From positions 1 through 45,007 of the IMG/VR virus record IMGVR_UViG_3300006105_000007: DNA of 45,007 bases; one strand, given 5' to 3'. This document shows positions 1 through 9,314 of the stretch, one piece after another. The notes beneath the pieces were generated by a model that worked only from the letters and a program-made list of their open reading frames with translations, was not told where the DNA came from and did not search any database. Made by a program: the position numbers and the translations under genes. Origin of the DNA: a virus. Lineage: Duplodnaviria > Caudoviricetes. Numbering within the stretch: the first letter of the stretch is position 1; each line of letters opens with the position of its first letter.

Positions 1-22
1 AGCACCGCTATCAGGAGCATTG
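1..22 (+). repeat. Terminal direct repeat (assembly circularisation overlap), left copy
   Basis: agcaccgctatcaggagcattg at 1-22 is identical to 44986-45007. Confidence 0.95.
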
Positions 23-999
23 TCCATGGATAGCGAATCGTATGTCATTGCCGAATATGGTGCGCTATGATATGGAGTGGCAATACTCATGGTATTGTCC
101 CACTTGCCAGGTTCACCCCACATGTTCGCAGACAAGAAATTGGACGCGCCTCCAAACATGCCTACGAGGTACTTTGTCTCTTGTTTGGCAATAAAACTGA
201 ATACCGTCGCTCGGTCATTAAGCCGAATATACATGCGCTCGGATAATAGCTTAAATTCCACGTCCAGGAGCGGTTCACCGTTGCCATAATCAAACCCAGC
301 CAGTTGAGGTGATGTACTGCTGGTCCTTGGAATTTGTTGAAGGGTAATCCATGTCGCCCCCGAGTCTGTGCTTTGCTGGATCAAGTAGTCGCCGTTTGAC
401 TCAGAGATCACCTTCCAGTAGACGGCCCCCTGCTTGACTCCAACCCATACTTGAGGAGTATCCGAAGCGGTTGATACGCCCCCCTGGGTGCCAGCGGCAA
501 AGAACACTTTTGGTTGCGGTCGCGCCGACACGGTTACCGTCAAAGCCTGGTGGTTGGATACGGTTGAAGTCAATTCAAATTTGTTAGTGTTTGCGGACGT
601 GTACGTGCTAGTCATGACCGAAATGCCCATGCTTCGGCTGGTCTGACTACCCCATAATGGCTGGTAGAAGCAACCTGTTTCAGCGTTTGAAGTCCAGGTC
701 ACCGACGGCAAGGTCGAATCGTACCCACCTGCCGCCGTGACTAGGGCTAATTCAGTATCGTACAGCGCATCAATTCCTGCTTGAAGGAACGCGTTGTGTG
801 GGACACGCAACGGGGTCGAGGTCGTGTGCTGACCTTCGTAATTGTGGGCAACGTTGGTAGTTCCACCTTCGCCGTTTGTGAGAGGTCCGTCTCCAAACTC
901 CCACGGATACCATGCGGCACGGTATTGTGGTTGAACCCGATACGGGAACAGAGAGTGCGTGGGCCACATGTAAACCTGCGCGTTATGTAGAACTTCCAT
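1..999 (-). CDS. 5' part (333 codons) of a ~785 aa tail tip/baseplate-hub-like protein spanning the junction
   Basis: ATG at 999 directly follows the upstream TAG. MEVLHNAQVYMWP... stays open to base 1 and continues in frame at 44985 (GWTETLDTSTVDPGTG). Contains Asp-box-like STDSGATW. Absent from the ORF track. Confidence 0.85.
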   Translation of the reverse strand, partial: MEVLHNAQVYMWPTHSLFPYRVQPQYRAAWYPWEFGDGPLTNGEGGTTNVAHNYEGQHTTSTPLRVPHNAFLQAGIDALYDTELALVTAAGGYDSTLPSVTWTSNAETGCFYQPLWGSQTSRSMGISVMTSTYTSANTNKFELTSTVSNHQALTVTVSARPQPKVFFAAGTQGGVSTASDTPQVWVGVKQGAVYWKVISESNGDYLIQQSTDSGATWITLQQIPRTSSTSPQLAGFDYGNGEPLLDVEFKLLSERMYIRLNDRATVFSFIAKQETKYLVGMFGGASNFLSANMWGEPGKWDNTMSIATPYHSAPYSAMTYDSLSMDNAPDSGA

Positions 1000-3975
1000 C
1001 TATCCAGGCACCCAAGTTTGTCCACCGTCTTGACTGATGTAGCTATCCACGCTACTACCGGACGGCACAACAAATCGCCACTGACGCACAACCCCATCCT
1101 CGAAGATAAGAGCGGCTTTACTGGCGCTTACGCTACTTAGAACAGTCCCAGCCAAAGCGAACGCTGATCGCCCAACTTTCGTGTACGCTTTCCATGTACC
1201 GGAATCAAAAATAACAGCCATTGACATGTCAAGAGGCTTGGCGTAGTCAGCCGCAACTTGTGTTCCTGATGCTATCAATGTTTCTGTACTCCATGTGTCC
1301 TCTTTGCCGACACTACTAATATAGTATACGTCTGAGCCGCCAGCATGAACGTAATACAAGTCCATTGCGGCCTGAAAACCGTATCGCCAGTATCCATCAA
1401 TATCATCAACGGTAAATGCCCCAACGGTAAATGTCGCGTCAAACGACTTGATATACCGATTCATGTAGACGTTGGTGGCGCCTCCAAACGCGACCAGTCC
1501 CCATCCAACATTTCGCGCAAAGCCACAAACTGAGCCCTGAACGACAACCGCAACATGACGAAATGATGCTCTCCACCGTTGGCGATTTTGCAATACCGCG
1601 TGATCGCTTAGGTGTGGTATTGGTGGTTGGTTTAATTCAGATGTGGTATCAACGTTGCCAAACGCCCAAGTAGCGCCAGTCAGGTACCCACCGATGCTGT
1701 TTGAGTACCCGGAACCTTCATGAGTGGTCGGTGTGGCAGTTTCGTAAAGCTGAACTTGCGCACCCACGTTTGGGGTACCAGTTAAGGTGAATACGTCACC
1801 CCATCCTTGAGCACGTAATGACTTCGACACACACAAAGGAGTGTATCCACCAAAAGCGGCACTTTGCGTCCACACGTTTCCCGCTCCAGGATACACAACT
1901 ACCTCGTCCCACAAGTCTTGTGCTGGTATGGTTGCCCCTAATGGTTGGTCTATCCAGTCTTTCCAAATGCCGGTGACCGTATCCACTGTCGCCCCTTGTC
2001 CACCGAAGATAAGCGCCGGCAACGAGGTCGAGTGGTATCCATCGGTAGGAGCGGTTAGCAGTGTCGCAGTAATGCCTGGGAAGTATGCCAACATGGACTG
2101 CAATTCATAAATGGCGTAGTATCGGTATGTTGGTGAACCCGAAAATGGAACGATATGCGCGAGTGCTGGTAGATCGCACGGTCGATAATCGTTTTCCAAG
2201 ATCAGCAAATCTTGCAAATAGGTTTTGTCAGACCCCGAGGTCCACCCCAAGTTGAAATCCTTAAATGGTTCCAGGATGGTAAGCGCAACCTGACGTGCAG
2301 GGTCGGATGAGTTCACTAATGAAACATCAGTTAGCGTAATGGATTCGCCGTTAGGTATGCCGCTAATAGTAATGGAGTCACAGAAATTAACACCCCAACC
2401 CAAGTCATACTGATCTACTGGATCGGTCGCTATCGGGAATCCACCTGATCCTGATAATGGGTAGCGGCATTGTGTACTATTAACAGTGGTGCCATCCGAT
2501 GTCGCGCAACACAAGTCTAACTGGGGACTTGTCGAAGTTACGATAAATGGAAAATCCCAACTTTGACCAGCCAAGCTTGCATGTAACGTCACTCCTGCTG
2601 AGGCTAATCCGGTGACTTGCAAGTACCGATAAACTTCCCATACGCGCACCGCACTTTGGACTGCTAGGGTTAATGACCCAGTTCCTCCTGATGCCGCCGC
2701 GTGAACTCGCCCTCCGACTAACGATAGAGTCGTATTAGCTCCTGCCGACCAATGGGTGAGTGAGGTACACGGATCAATGTTTAAGCTAGTGGCTTTGGCT
2801 ATTGTCATCGCGTCCCATTTGAACCCGTTAAACATACATCGCCAATCGGTTGCATCGTCGGGCGATAACGAAGAAAGCCAAGCCGCCACTGGGGACGTTT
2901 CGTCCAGTGCGACCCCCGGCGGCAAGTACCCATTCAGATCGCACGAGCCCAAATACTTCTTTTGGTCCCATGTTGGTCCAGCGGTAGGGTTCAGGGTTAC
3001 GTTTGAAGTGTGCGAGAATTTATCCTGCACGGTCATTGTCACACCTGGGGATGGAATGTCGTTTCCGAAACATTTAGCCCTAGCGTTTAATGCAAACATA
3101 GTCGGGGCTTGCATTGCCGCCGACCCTGCCGAGTACACAGTATTGACCATGTGTGAGATCGACCACAATCCCGCCGCGTCTGCGTTGGCCTTGCATGTCA
3201 TTGTGCTATCAAAATCGACCGCACACGCTAGAGTTCCATTTGGGAAATTGCTCGACCATACGGCACCCGGCACCGTCCAGGATGATGTCTGTACGACTGG
3301 GGAAGTCCACGAAGTCGTGTATAGGTGCGAGGGTTCACTACCGTTTGCGTTGAACTTTGAAAAGCTAGTGTTCGGGAAAATGTAAAGCTGATAGTCCGAA
3401 ATCGTACCAATCGCGGCCTGGAGTGCGGCATCAATCACAAAGGAAATGGTAGCCGTAATTGACGACAGCGCGATTGAGCAATAGCATGTGCCACCGATGC
3501 GCGGTTGCAATGTGTACTGAATGCCGCTGGCCGGTAACCCATCCCCCTGCGCTGTCCCCCCGTAGTTTGGGAAATTAGTCCCGTCAATCGTGGTGGATGC
3601 TGATGGAATATAGCTTGTGGCCCACTCTTCAACGTCAATGTAAAACGTATAAGTGCCGCCTCGGGCACCACCACCTGTAAATGGGTTGAATCCTATGTTA
3701 AACCAGTCCGTTAAGGTGGCCGTAACCGACGGTCTTGTCGGCATTTGCGCTTCGACGTTTAACTGTACGCCACTGGGACCGGTAGGACCACCGCAACCAC
3801 CAGCGGCAGAGCAGTTTAACTGCATCCCGCAGAAATTGAATTGCAGTGACCCTGAACCTGCAAGCTGGAATCCTGGATGCCCACCACCTGCGGCAGTAAC
3901 TATCCCGGTTGTGTCTAGGGATAGATTACCGCTGGCGGGAAGTCTCCATGTGCGTCCAGTTAGCCAACTTGCCAT
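1000..3975 (-). CDS. Minor tail protein (991 aa), beta-rich
   Basis: Long S/T/G-rich ORF downstream of the tape measure gene. C-terminal Asp-box SQDGGQTW suggests a beta-propeller. Confidence 0.7.
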   Translation of the reverse strand: MASWLTGRTWRLPASGNLSLDTTGIVTAAGGGHPGFQLAGSGSLQFNFCGMQLNCSAAGGCGGPTGPSGVQLNVEAQMPTRPSVTATLTDWFNIGFNPFTGGGARGGTYTFYIDVEEWATSYIPSASTTIDGTNFPNYGGTAQGDGLPASGIQYTLQPRIGGTCYCSIALSSITATISFVIDAALQAAIGTISDYQLYIFPNTSFSKFNANGSEPSHLYTTSWTSPVVQTSSWTVPGAVWSSNFPNGTLACAVDFDSTMTCKANADAAGLWSISHMVNTVYSAGSAAMQAPTMFALNARAKCFGNDIPSPGVTMTVQDKFSHTSNVTLNPTAGPTWDQKKYLGSCDLNGYLPPGVALDETSPVAAWLSSLSPDDATDWRCMFNGFKWDAMTIAKATSLNIDPCTSLTHWSAGANTTLSLVGGRVHAAASGGTGSLTLAVQSAVRVWEVYRYLQVTGLASAGVTLHASLAGQSWDFPFIVTSTSPQLDLCCATSDGTTVNSTQCRYPLSGSGGFPIATDPVDQYDLGWGVNFCDSITISGIPNGESITLTDVSLVNSSDPARQVALTILEPFKDFNLGWTSGSDKTYLQDLLILENDYRPCDLPALAHIVPFSGSPTYRYYAIYELQSMLAYFPGITATLLTAPTDGYHSTSLPALIFGGQGATVDTVTGIWKDWIDQPLGATIPAQDLWDEVVVYPGAGNVWTQSAAFGGYTPLCVSKSLRAQGWGDVFTLTGTPNVGAQVQLYETATPTTHEGSGYSNSIGGYLTGATWAFGNVDTTSELNQPPIPHLSDHAVLQNRQRWRASFRHVAVVVQGSVCGFARNVGWGLVAFGGATNVYMNRYIKSFDATFTVGAFTVDDIDGYWRYGFQAAMDLYYVHAGGSDVYYISSVGKEDTWSTETLIASGTQVAADYAKPLDMSMAVIFDSGTWKAYTKVGRSAFALAGTVLSSVSASKAALIFEDGVVRQWRFVVPSGSSVDSYISQDGGQTWVPG

Positions 3976-4113
3976 TATTCTTAGATTTCAAATAACACCA
4001 TCTGCATTCCAGATGGTCCAAAAGAAGTGTGTACGAATTCACGGAGTACGACGCTGGCCGTCCACGGCACTAATTTACCGTGGACGTTGGCGACTCCATG
4101 TTTAACCCCGTAT

Positions 4114-4563
4114 CTACTCCTGCCCGTCCGATATGTGCTCGGTGGTGGGAGTACCTTGCTCTGGTTCTGTCGCGGGTGCTGGTTCTGGGGTTGCGGTTGG
4201 CTCATTTGTTTCCTCTACTTTTGGGGCCTTTTGCTCTGGTTCTGTCGCGGGTGCTGGTTCTGGAGCCGGGTTGGGGTCCTGTGCTGGTGCAGTGGAATCA
4301 ATCACGACTGGCTTCCCCGACGTGTTCCATTGAATTGTTGGGTGTGCAGTTTCAGGCACTACAGTTGCCAATCCTGGTACAACAAAGAACTCTTGGAGTT
4401 GAGCAACCGTTGCCTTGGTCGCGTCCTCTAGCGTGTTTTCAAATGACTGAGCGGCAAGCCGAACTTTTTCGTACTCACCGTTAAGGAATTGGATAAAGAC
4501 GATACCATCCGCCAAATTGAATCGACCTGATAGGCGGTTAGGTTGCAATGTTAGGAGTTCCAT
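4114..4563 (-). CDS. Hypothetical protein with acidic Pro/Glu/Thr-rich repetitive C-tail (moron-like)
   Basis: ORF 4114..4581. Second ATG (4563, MELLTLQ) lies 6 nt after TACACT. PEPAPATEPEQ occurs twice. Confidence 0.7.
   Translation of the reverse strand: MELLTLQPNRLSGRFNLADGIVFIQFLNGEYEKVRLAAQSFENTLEDATKATVAQLQEFFVVPGLATVVPETAHPTIQWNTSGKPVVIDSTAPAQDPNPAPEPAPATEPEQKAPKVEETNEPTATPEPAPATEPEQGTPTTEHISDGQE
4156..4263. repeat. 33-nt perfect direct repeat (4156-4188 and 4231-4263) encoding PEPAPATEPEQ
   Basis: ttgctctggttctgtcgcgggtgctggttctgg occurs twice, 75 nt apart. Confidence 0.9.
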
Positions 4564-4746
4564 ATTTATAGTGTACTCCATGTATAGTCATAAATAATGG
4601 AAAGAACCTTGTATAGGCCCTGAACCGTCGGTAAGTTGTGAGGGCCGGGGTGTTCTGATAAAGGAGGTGAAATGAGACCCGTCGCGGAATCTATCCGCGC
4701 TCTACAACCACCCCGGCAGGTGGAAAATGGGATTACCCCACCCTCT

Positions 4747-7700
4747 TTATGAGTATACACGATTCGACAAACCTGGCCTCCACCGAACGTCTTGAGCGTT
4801 CTTAAAGTTCTCAATCGTCTTGGAGTTTTTGGATAACGTATTTCCTCGGTCATCTTTTAATGTGACTTCGATCTGAATAGGCATTGTTGACCCACTAGCC
4901 GCCGCGCCTTGCGCTTGCCTTGTGTACCCAGCGGCAGAACCACCTTGCGGGTCTGCATTTGCCAGGTTGCGCAGGTCGTAGCCTAATGCTTGCATTTGGT
5001 GAATTTGCGCTTTTGTACCGCCGATTGATGGATGAAGAATTCCCGACTGAGACGCTTCCCGGTTGGAGAATGCGGCCCGAGCAATCCACTCGTTAGCGTG
5101 TGGCACGTTTGCGGCAATCGACATCAATCGGTCCATGTATCCGAAATTGAATTCTCGGGTAAGACCTGATAATTCCTCGACCGCTGATGCGCGTTGAGCG
5201 GCTAATCGTTTTGCTTGCTCAGGAAGAGGTCGTCCGTTGTGTTCTTTGGCGAGTTCTGCATATTCGGCGTCAATGTCGCTAATATGGGACCGAATCGTTC
5301 CCATCTGTTGCTGTAGATTGTTCCGAATCATTCCAGGAGCGCCAGGAATTAAACCTGATTTAAGTGCTGACTCCTCTGCGCGTAATCCGTATAACTTTGC
5401 GGACTCATATCCACCCATCGGGACATTGGCACGGTCAATTTCCATCCGTGCAGATTGAAGTCGTGCGCTAACGAGGATATTTCGCGCCTCAATAGACGCT
5501 TTGGAGTTTGGCTCATTGCTGAACGCATCCACCATCCGTTGAGCCGCCGCCACGCTTTCGCGTCCACCTCTGGCAATGTCTGCGTAAGCGGCACCTGCGG
5601 TGCGTCCACCGTACCCATACATTAACGCCGTGGTCGGAGCCACAGATCGCTCTGCGACACCTGTCATAGCGATTGCATACTCGCCCTTGATGTTGCTGAC
5701 AATGGCGTCATATTGTGATACGTTTGCCTCGGCATCTAAATCGTTTGCTGACGCTCGTAGTCGCATCCGTTGCTCGTCACTTAATGGGTTACGCTTATTA
5801 TCCGCAAGCGACCGTGCAAACGTGGCCTTTTCTCGTGCGGCTTTGGCTTGAGCCATTCCGTACACACCCGAGTTTGCAACCGACCCACTAGCCGCCGCAA
5901 ATTGAGCGGCCCCAAGGTATTCGGATTGCCCGAGTTCCATGTATGCGGACGATTCGCCAGACTCAGCCTGGAAAATATCCATGCGGCCCTGTAACACGAA
6001 CTGCTTCATAGCCCCTTCCGCACGTGCTCGACCCAGTGAACCCGGCATGTACGTACTTGCAAGTTCTCGCTGGCTGTTGTAATATTCTAAGGCGTCTTGC
6101 CCTGTGTATGCCGCACGAACATCTGCCGCACTTTTAGTCTTTGCTAGTGCAATGTCGTAAGGCAGTTTAGAATTAGCAATATCTGACGAATACCGCGCCT
6201 GGTCTTGTTCATGTCGCAGTTGTGGCAACCATCGCCCAAGTGCAGTGGTAATAAAATCGTGTTGCTCCATACCAGCCAGCGCAGAGATAGCGGCTTGTGG
6301 ATTATCTGCCCCACCCGTCATAATCACTTGATCCGCATAACTTCTGGAGAGTTTATTGTTGTAGTATGCTCCGATCTGTCGCTCAACAAATGGACTCATA
6401 GCCATACCTGCGAAGTTGCCTATTTGCTCCTTGCTGGCGTCTTCGCGGAAGATTCCTTCGCGCCGGTTCTTGAGGGCGTTACTTGTCCAAATAGCGTCGG
6501 CGGCTTGCCACCCCGCAATGGCTCCACCAATAGCACCAATGGATATTCCGATACCAGCACCGACTGGTCCTCCAACCATTGCTCCAGGAATAGCCCCAGT
6601 AGTGCCACCGATTACCGCTCCACCTATCGCGGTGCCAAACTTAGCCCCTAAACCTATAGCCGCTTGGCCTGTAGTTTGCGGGATAACCATTGACTGTAAG
6701 TTGCTTTCCCATTCAGTAGGAATCGGTGTGCCACGGTTAATCATGGCTTGCGCAAAATCAATCTGGTTGTTAGGCAGGATGGGCACAACGCCCCCATTCA
6801 TGGCGGTATATTGCTTTTGGAGGAATTTCTGGGCAATATCGCGCTCAATGTACGGGTGTAATGCTGTGCTGGATATCTTTCCTGTGATGGCACCAATAGC
6901 GGCGCCGATTTCAGGTTGACCAAATCCTGCACCCGCGATTGCTCCGATGCCAATGGCTCCGAGTTCAATTTCGGACGGGAGCATACTTTCATTGCTCCAC
7001 GGTCGGCCACCGGCAATCGTTTGTGACTCAATCGCGGCCTGGTCTTCAAGAGCTTGTACGCCGGTACGAATAGCCATATAAAGACCAATGCGCGAACGGA
7101 ACGCGTCTTTTCCGTCGCCTGGTTTTTTCTTTCCTGGTTTTTGAATATCCCACCAGTCAGCATCCTGGACCCCTGGAATACTGTTATCCCAAAAATCGGA
7201 ACGTCGGTATTGTCGGCCAGCACTATATGTCACCTGGAGTCCACTACCGGCTCGAACAATACCCTGCTCCCCTGGTTCCCAGCCTGATGACACGTTGCCA
7301 TAGTTCGGACCCATTCCGTAAGGAACAATCGAACCCCCGCCGCCGCCCGGTCCGGGATTCCATGACATAGATGGAACACCTGCCCCTCCACCTGCCCCGC
7401 CATACATCTGAGCCCCGCCACCGTACCGAACAATGGCGTTATTCATGAATTCTTGCGTGAACCCATTACTGAACGGAATACTAGCGTTACCGGTGGATAA
7501 GCCACCTCCGTAGCGCACGATGTCATTGTTTCCGTACCGAACAATGTCTCCTGACCATTGAGCGCCGCCAGGATAAATCGTAATCATCTTCCCGGCGTAT
7601 ACATTGGTGCCTGGATGACCTACAGAGCCCGTATCCGCCACAACTGGCGCACCTATAGTGGCTGACGCGATAGCAGGTGGTGCGCCAAGGAATGACGCCA

Positions 7701-7998
7701 TGTCTGCCGTAGTGAGAATTCCATCCGAAGAGATGGGAGCCGCCGCCGTTCCCCCGACCGCTGATGGTGGATTAAATAGGGACGTGGCGCTAGAGGGTGA
7801 GGTTGATGCCTTACCCATATTGCCTGATGCAGATGCACTAATCGCAGAATTGCTCGGGCCGCCACCTAAATTGATGGACCCTCCCTTTTGCTTGATACGA
7901 TCTAGTTGATCTTCAAGTTCCTTGAGGGCACTCAGGACTTCCTGAATACCCTCAAGCATTAACTTTAGACTAGCTGTTGACTCAATACCGTCAGGCAA
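4747..7998 (-). CDS. Tape measure protein (1083 aa)
   Basis: Long Ala/Gly-rich helical ORF directly after the tail tube gene, with hydrophobic GAAIG repeats. TTG start after GGAG. Confidence 0.75.
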   Translation of the reverse strand: MPDGIESTASLKLMLEGIQEVLSALKELEDQLDRIKQKGGSINLGGGPSNSAISASASGNMGKASTSPSSATSLFNPPSAVGGTAAAPISSDGILTTADMASFLGAPPAIASATIGAPVVADTGSVGHPGTNVYAGKMITIYPGGAQWSGDIVRYGNNDIVRYGGGLSTGNASIPFSNGFTQEFMNNAIVRYGGGAQMYGGAGGGAGVPSMSWNPGPGGGGGSIVPYGMGPNYGNVSSGWEPGEQGIVRAGSGLQVTYSAGRQYRRSDFWDNSIPGVQDADWWDIQKPGKKKPGDGKDAFRSRIGLYMAIRTGVQALEDQAAIESQTIAGGRPWSNESMLPSEIELGAIGIGAIAGAGFGQPEIGAAIGAITGKISSTALHPYIERDIAQKFLQKQYTAMNGGVVPILPNNQIDFAQAMINRGTPIPTEWESNLQSMVIPQTTGQAAIGLGAKFGTAIGGAVIGGTTGAIPGAMVGGPVGAGIGISIGAIGGAIAGWQAADAIWTSNALKNRREGIFREDASKEQIGNFAGMAMSPFVERQIGAYYNNKLSRSYADQVIMTGGADNPQAAISALAGMEQHDFITTALGRWLPQLRHEQDQARYSSDIANSKLPYDIALAKTKSAADVRAAYTGQDALEYYNSQRELASTYMPGSLGRARAEGAMKQFVLQGRMDIFQAESGESSAYMELGQSEYLGAAQFAAASGSVANSGVYGMAQAKAAREKATFARSLADNKRNPLSDEQRMRLRASANDLDAEANVSQYDAIVSNIKGEYAIAMTGVAERSVAPTTALMYGYGGRTAGAAYADIARGGRESVAAAQRMVDAFSNEPNSKASIEARNILVSARLQSARMEIDRANVPMGGYESAKLYGLRAEESALKSGLIPGAPGMIRNNLQQQMGTIRSHISDIDAEYAELAKEHNGRPLPEQAKRLAAQRASAVEELSGLTREFNFGYMDRLMSIAANVPHANEWIARAAFSNREASQSGILHPSIGGTKAQIHQMQALGYDLRNLANADPQGGSAAGYTRQAQGAAASGSTMPIQIEVTLKDDRGNTLSKNSKTIENFKNAQDVRWRPGLSNRVYS

Positions 7999-8009
7999 TT
8001 ACATACTCC

Positions 8010-8858
8010 TTACGTGGATAGATAGAGAGGCGGGTGAGCCGTTGAACCGAGAACCGTACACGGCCACGGTGTAAACACTTGCCCAAGGTCAACTGTTTGG
8101 TCTTCCGTGGTATTGGGAACAACACTTGTCAGTGTCAGAATCCTGGTACCAGTTAAGAAGCTAATCGTGATCGCCGCCGAGTCCGCAAATGGAACATTGG
8201 TTGTCAACCTGGCCGCAAAGTCGAACTTTGCGTTGCAGGTAATTGGACCAGCATCCCACGCCGTCATCGTATTGGTACCGTTGAGCGGTGCGCGAGGTAG
8301 GTGGTTGTTACTGTATCCAATCTCAACGCCATAAATGTCGCCAGTAATGCCTGTAAAGGTCGTGTCCTGGAACATGAGTGGTCGTGTCGAGTCGAACGGA
8401 GAATAACCAGTCTGAACTGCATTGGTCTTTGTCGGTACCGTCGGACATGCGTATACGGCCTGTAATCCAACTTGCATCCCTGGCTTGATGGCAAGCGTAA
8501 ATGATTCAGCTTTGGCGTTCGACAGGACGTATGTGTCTTGTGAGTTGTTACATGTAAGCGTCAGGGCTTGAGTGTCATCAAACCCACCAGACCATGCGAT
8601 TCGTGTGAACCACCATGCCCAGAATGTCGTACTCATAATTTCGGTTGTACTGATGCGCACGTCATAATTAACGACGAGCCGTGAAGACCGAAGACCCTCA
8701 GCAAAGTTAGTCGCCCAGCTATTACTAACGGGGACAGGAATCACCAAGTTTCGTGGTTGAGTCAAGCTCCACGACTTGACAGGTATAGTAGACGTATTGG
8801 TCCCATCACTATGAGTGATAAACCCGTTACGTCCTTGTGCAATAGGGATGCTTGCCAT
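8010..8858 (-). CDS. Major tail tube protein
   Basis: 282 aa, Thr-rich beta protein between tail completion genes and the tape measure gene. EIGYSNN motif resembles tube proteins. Confidence 0.65.
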   Translation of the reverse strand: MASIPIAQGRNGFITHSDGTNTSTIPVKSWSLTQPRNLVIPVPVSNSWATNFAEGLRSSRLVVNYDVRISTTEIMSTTFWAWWFTRIAWSGGFDDTQALTLTCNNSQDTYVLSNAKAESFTLAIKPGMQVGLQAVYACPTVPTKTNAVQTGYSPFDSTRPLMFQDTTFTGITGDIYGVEIGYSNNHLPRAPLNGTNTMTAWDAGPITCNAKFDFAARLTTNVPFADSAAITISFLTGTRILTLTSVVPNTTEDQTVDLGQVFTPWPCTVLGSTAHPPLYLST

Positions 8859-8861
8859 GTT

Positions 8862-9314
8862 TTATTCTCCAGTTAAGTGTACTATAATTTGTTCCGCTAC
8901 CTGTGAAATTGCCTCTTCTCGTAACCGAACAGGTCGAGGAGGAACGTGGGATTGCTCCGCATTCGCGCCACCATATTGTTGAAGTTCTGCATAAAACAGT
9001 GTTGAACCCACTGTAATGCTATCGGACCCAATAATTTCAATGTGATCGCCGCCGGGTTCGGACCATGACCGCAAAAGCGCCCCGCTTTCAATAAGGATTG
9101 CCGGGTCACTTTCGCCGTTGCGATGCCTCTCTTCCATTCTCCTCGGAGATAGAGGTAACCATACAGGATCACCTTGTTCCCAGAATTGGCTGGCAATATC
9201 TTCGTTAAGAATTTCACCGGCGTCTTTTAGAAGGTTTTCAATGGTGCAGTTGGACATCATGGTCGAAATCATTTCCGACCATCCCGTACAATCGAACTGC
9301 ACCTCAAGAGTCAT
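8862..9314 (-). CDS. Phage virion morphogenesis protein (Mu gpG-like)
   Basis: Motifs PVWLPLS, ILIESGALLRS, VGSTLFYAELQQYG and VPPRP. Confidence 0.85.
   Translation of the reverse strand: MTLEVQFDCTGWSEMISTMMSNCTIENLLKDAGEILNEDIASQFWEQGDPVWLPLSPRRMEERHRNGESDPAILIESGALLRSWSEPGGDHIEIIGSDSITVGSTLFYAELQQYGGANAEQSHVPPRPVRLREEAISQVAEQIIVHLTGE

Noticed and set aside
1-22. 22-nt terminal repeat as a biological DTR or att site
   Set aside because: It lies inside a coding sequence and has k-mer-like length, so it is best explained as assembler overlap.
2756-4484. Plus-strand ORFs antisense to tail genes (also similar ones genome-wide, e.g. 23611-23973)
   Set aside because: Shadow frames of well-supported genes or repeats, with no RBS or recognisable motifs.
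7999-8004. ATG-TAA start-stop minigene before the tape measure TTG
   Set aside because: The ATG is only 1 nt from the GGAG, too close for initiation; the spacing fits the TTG.
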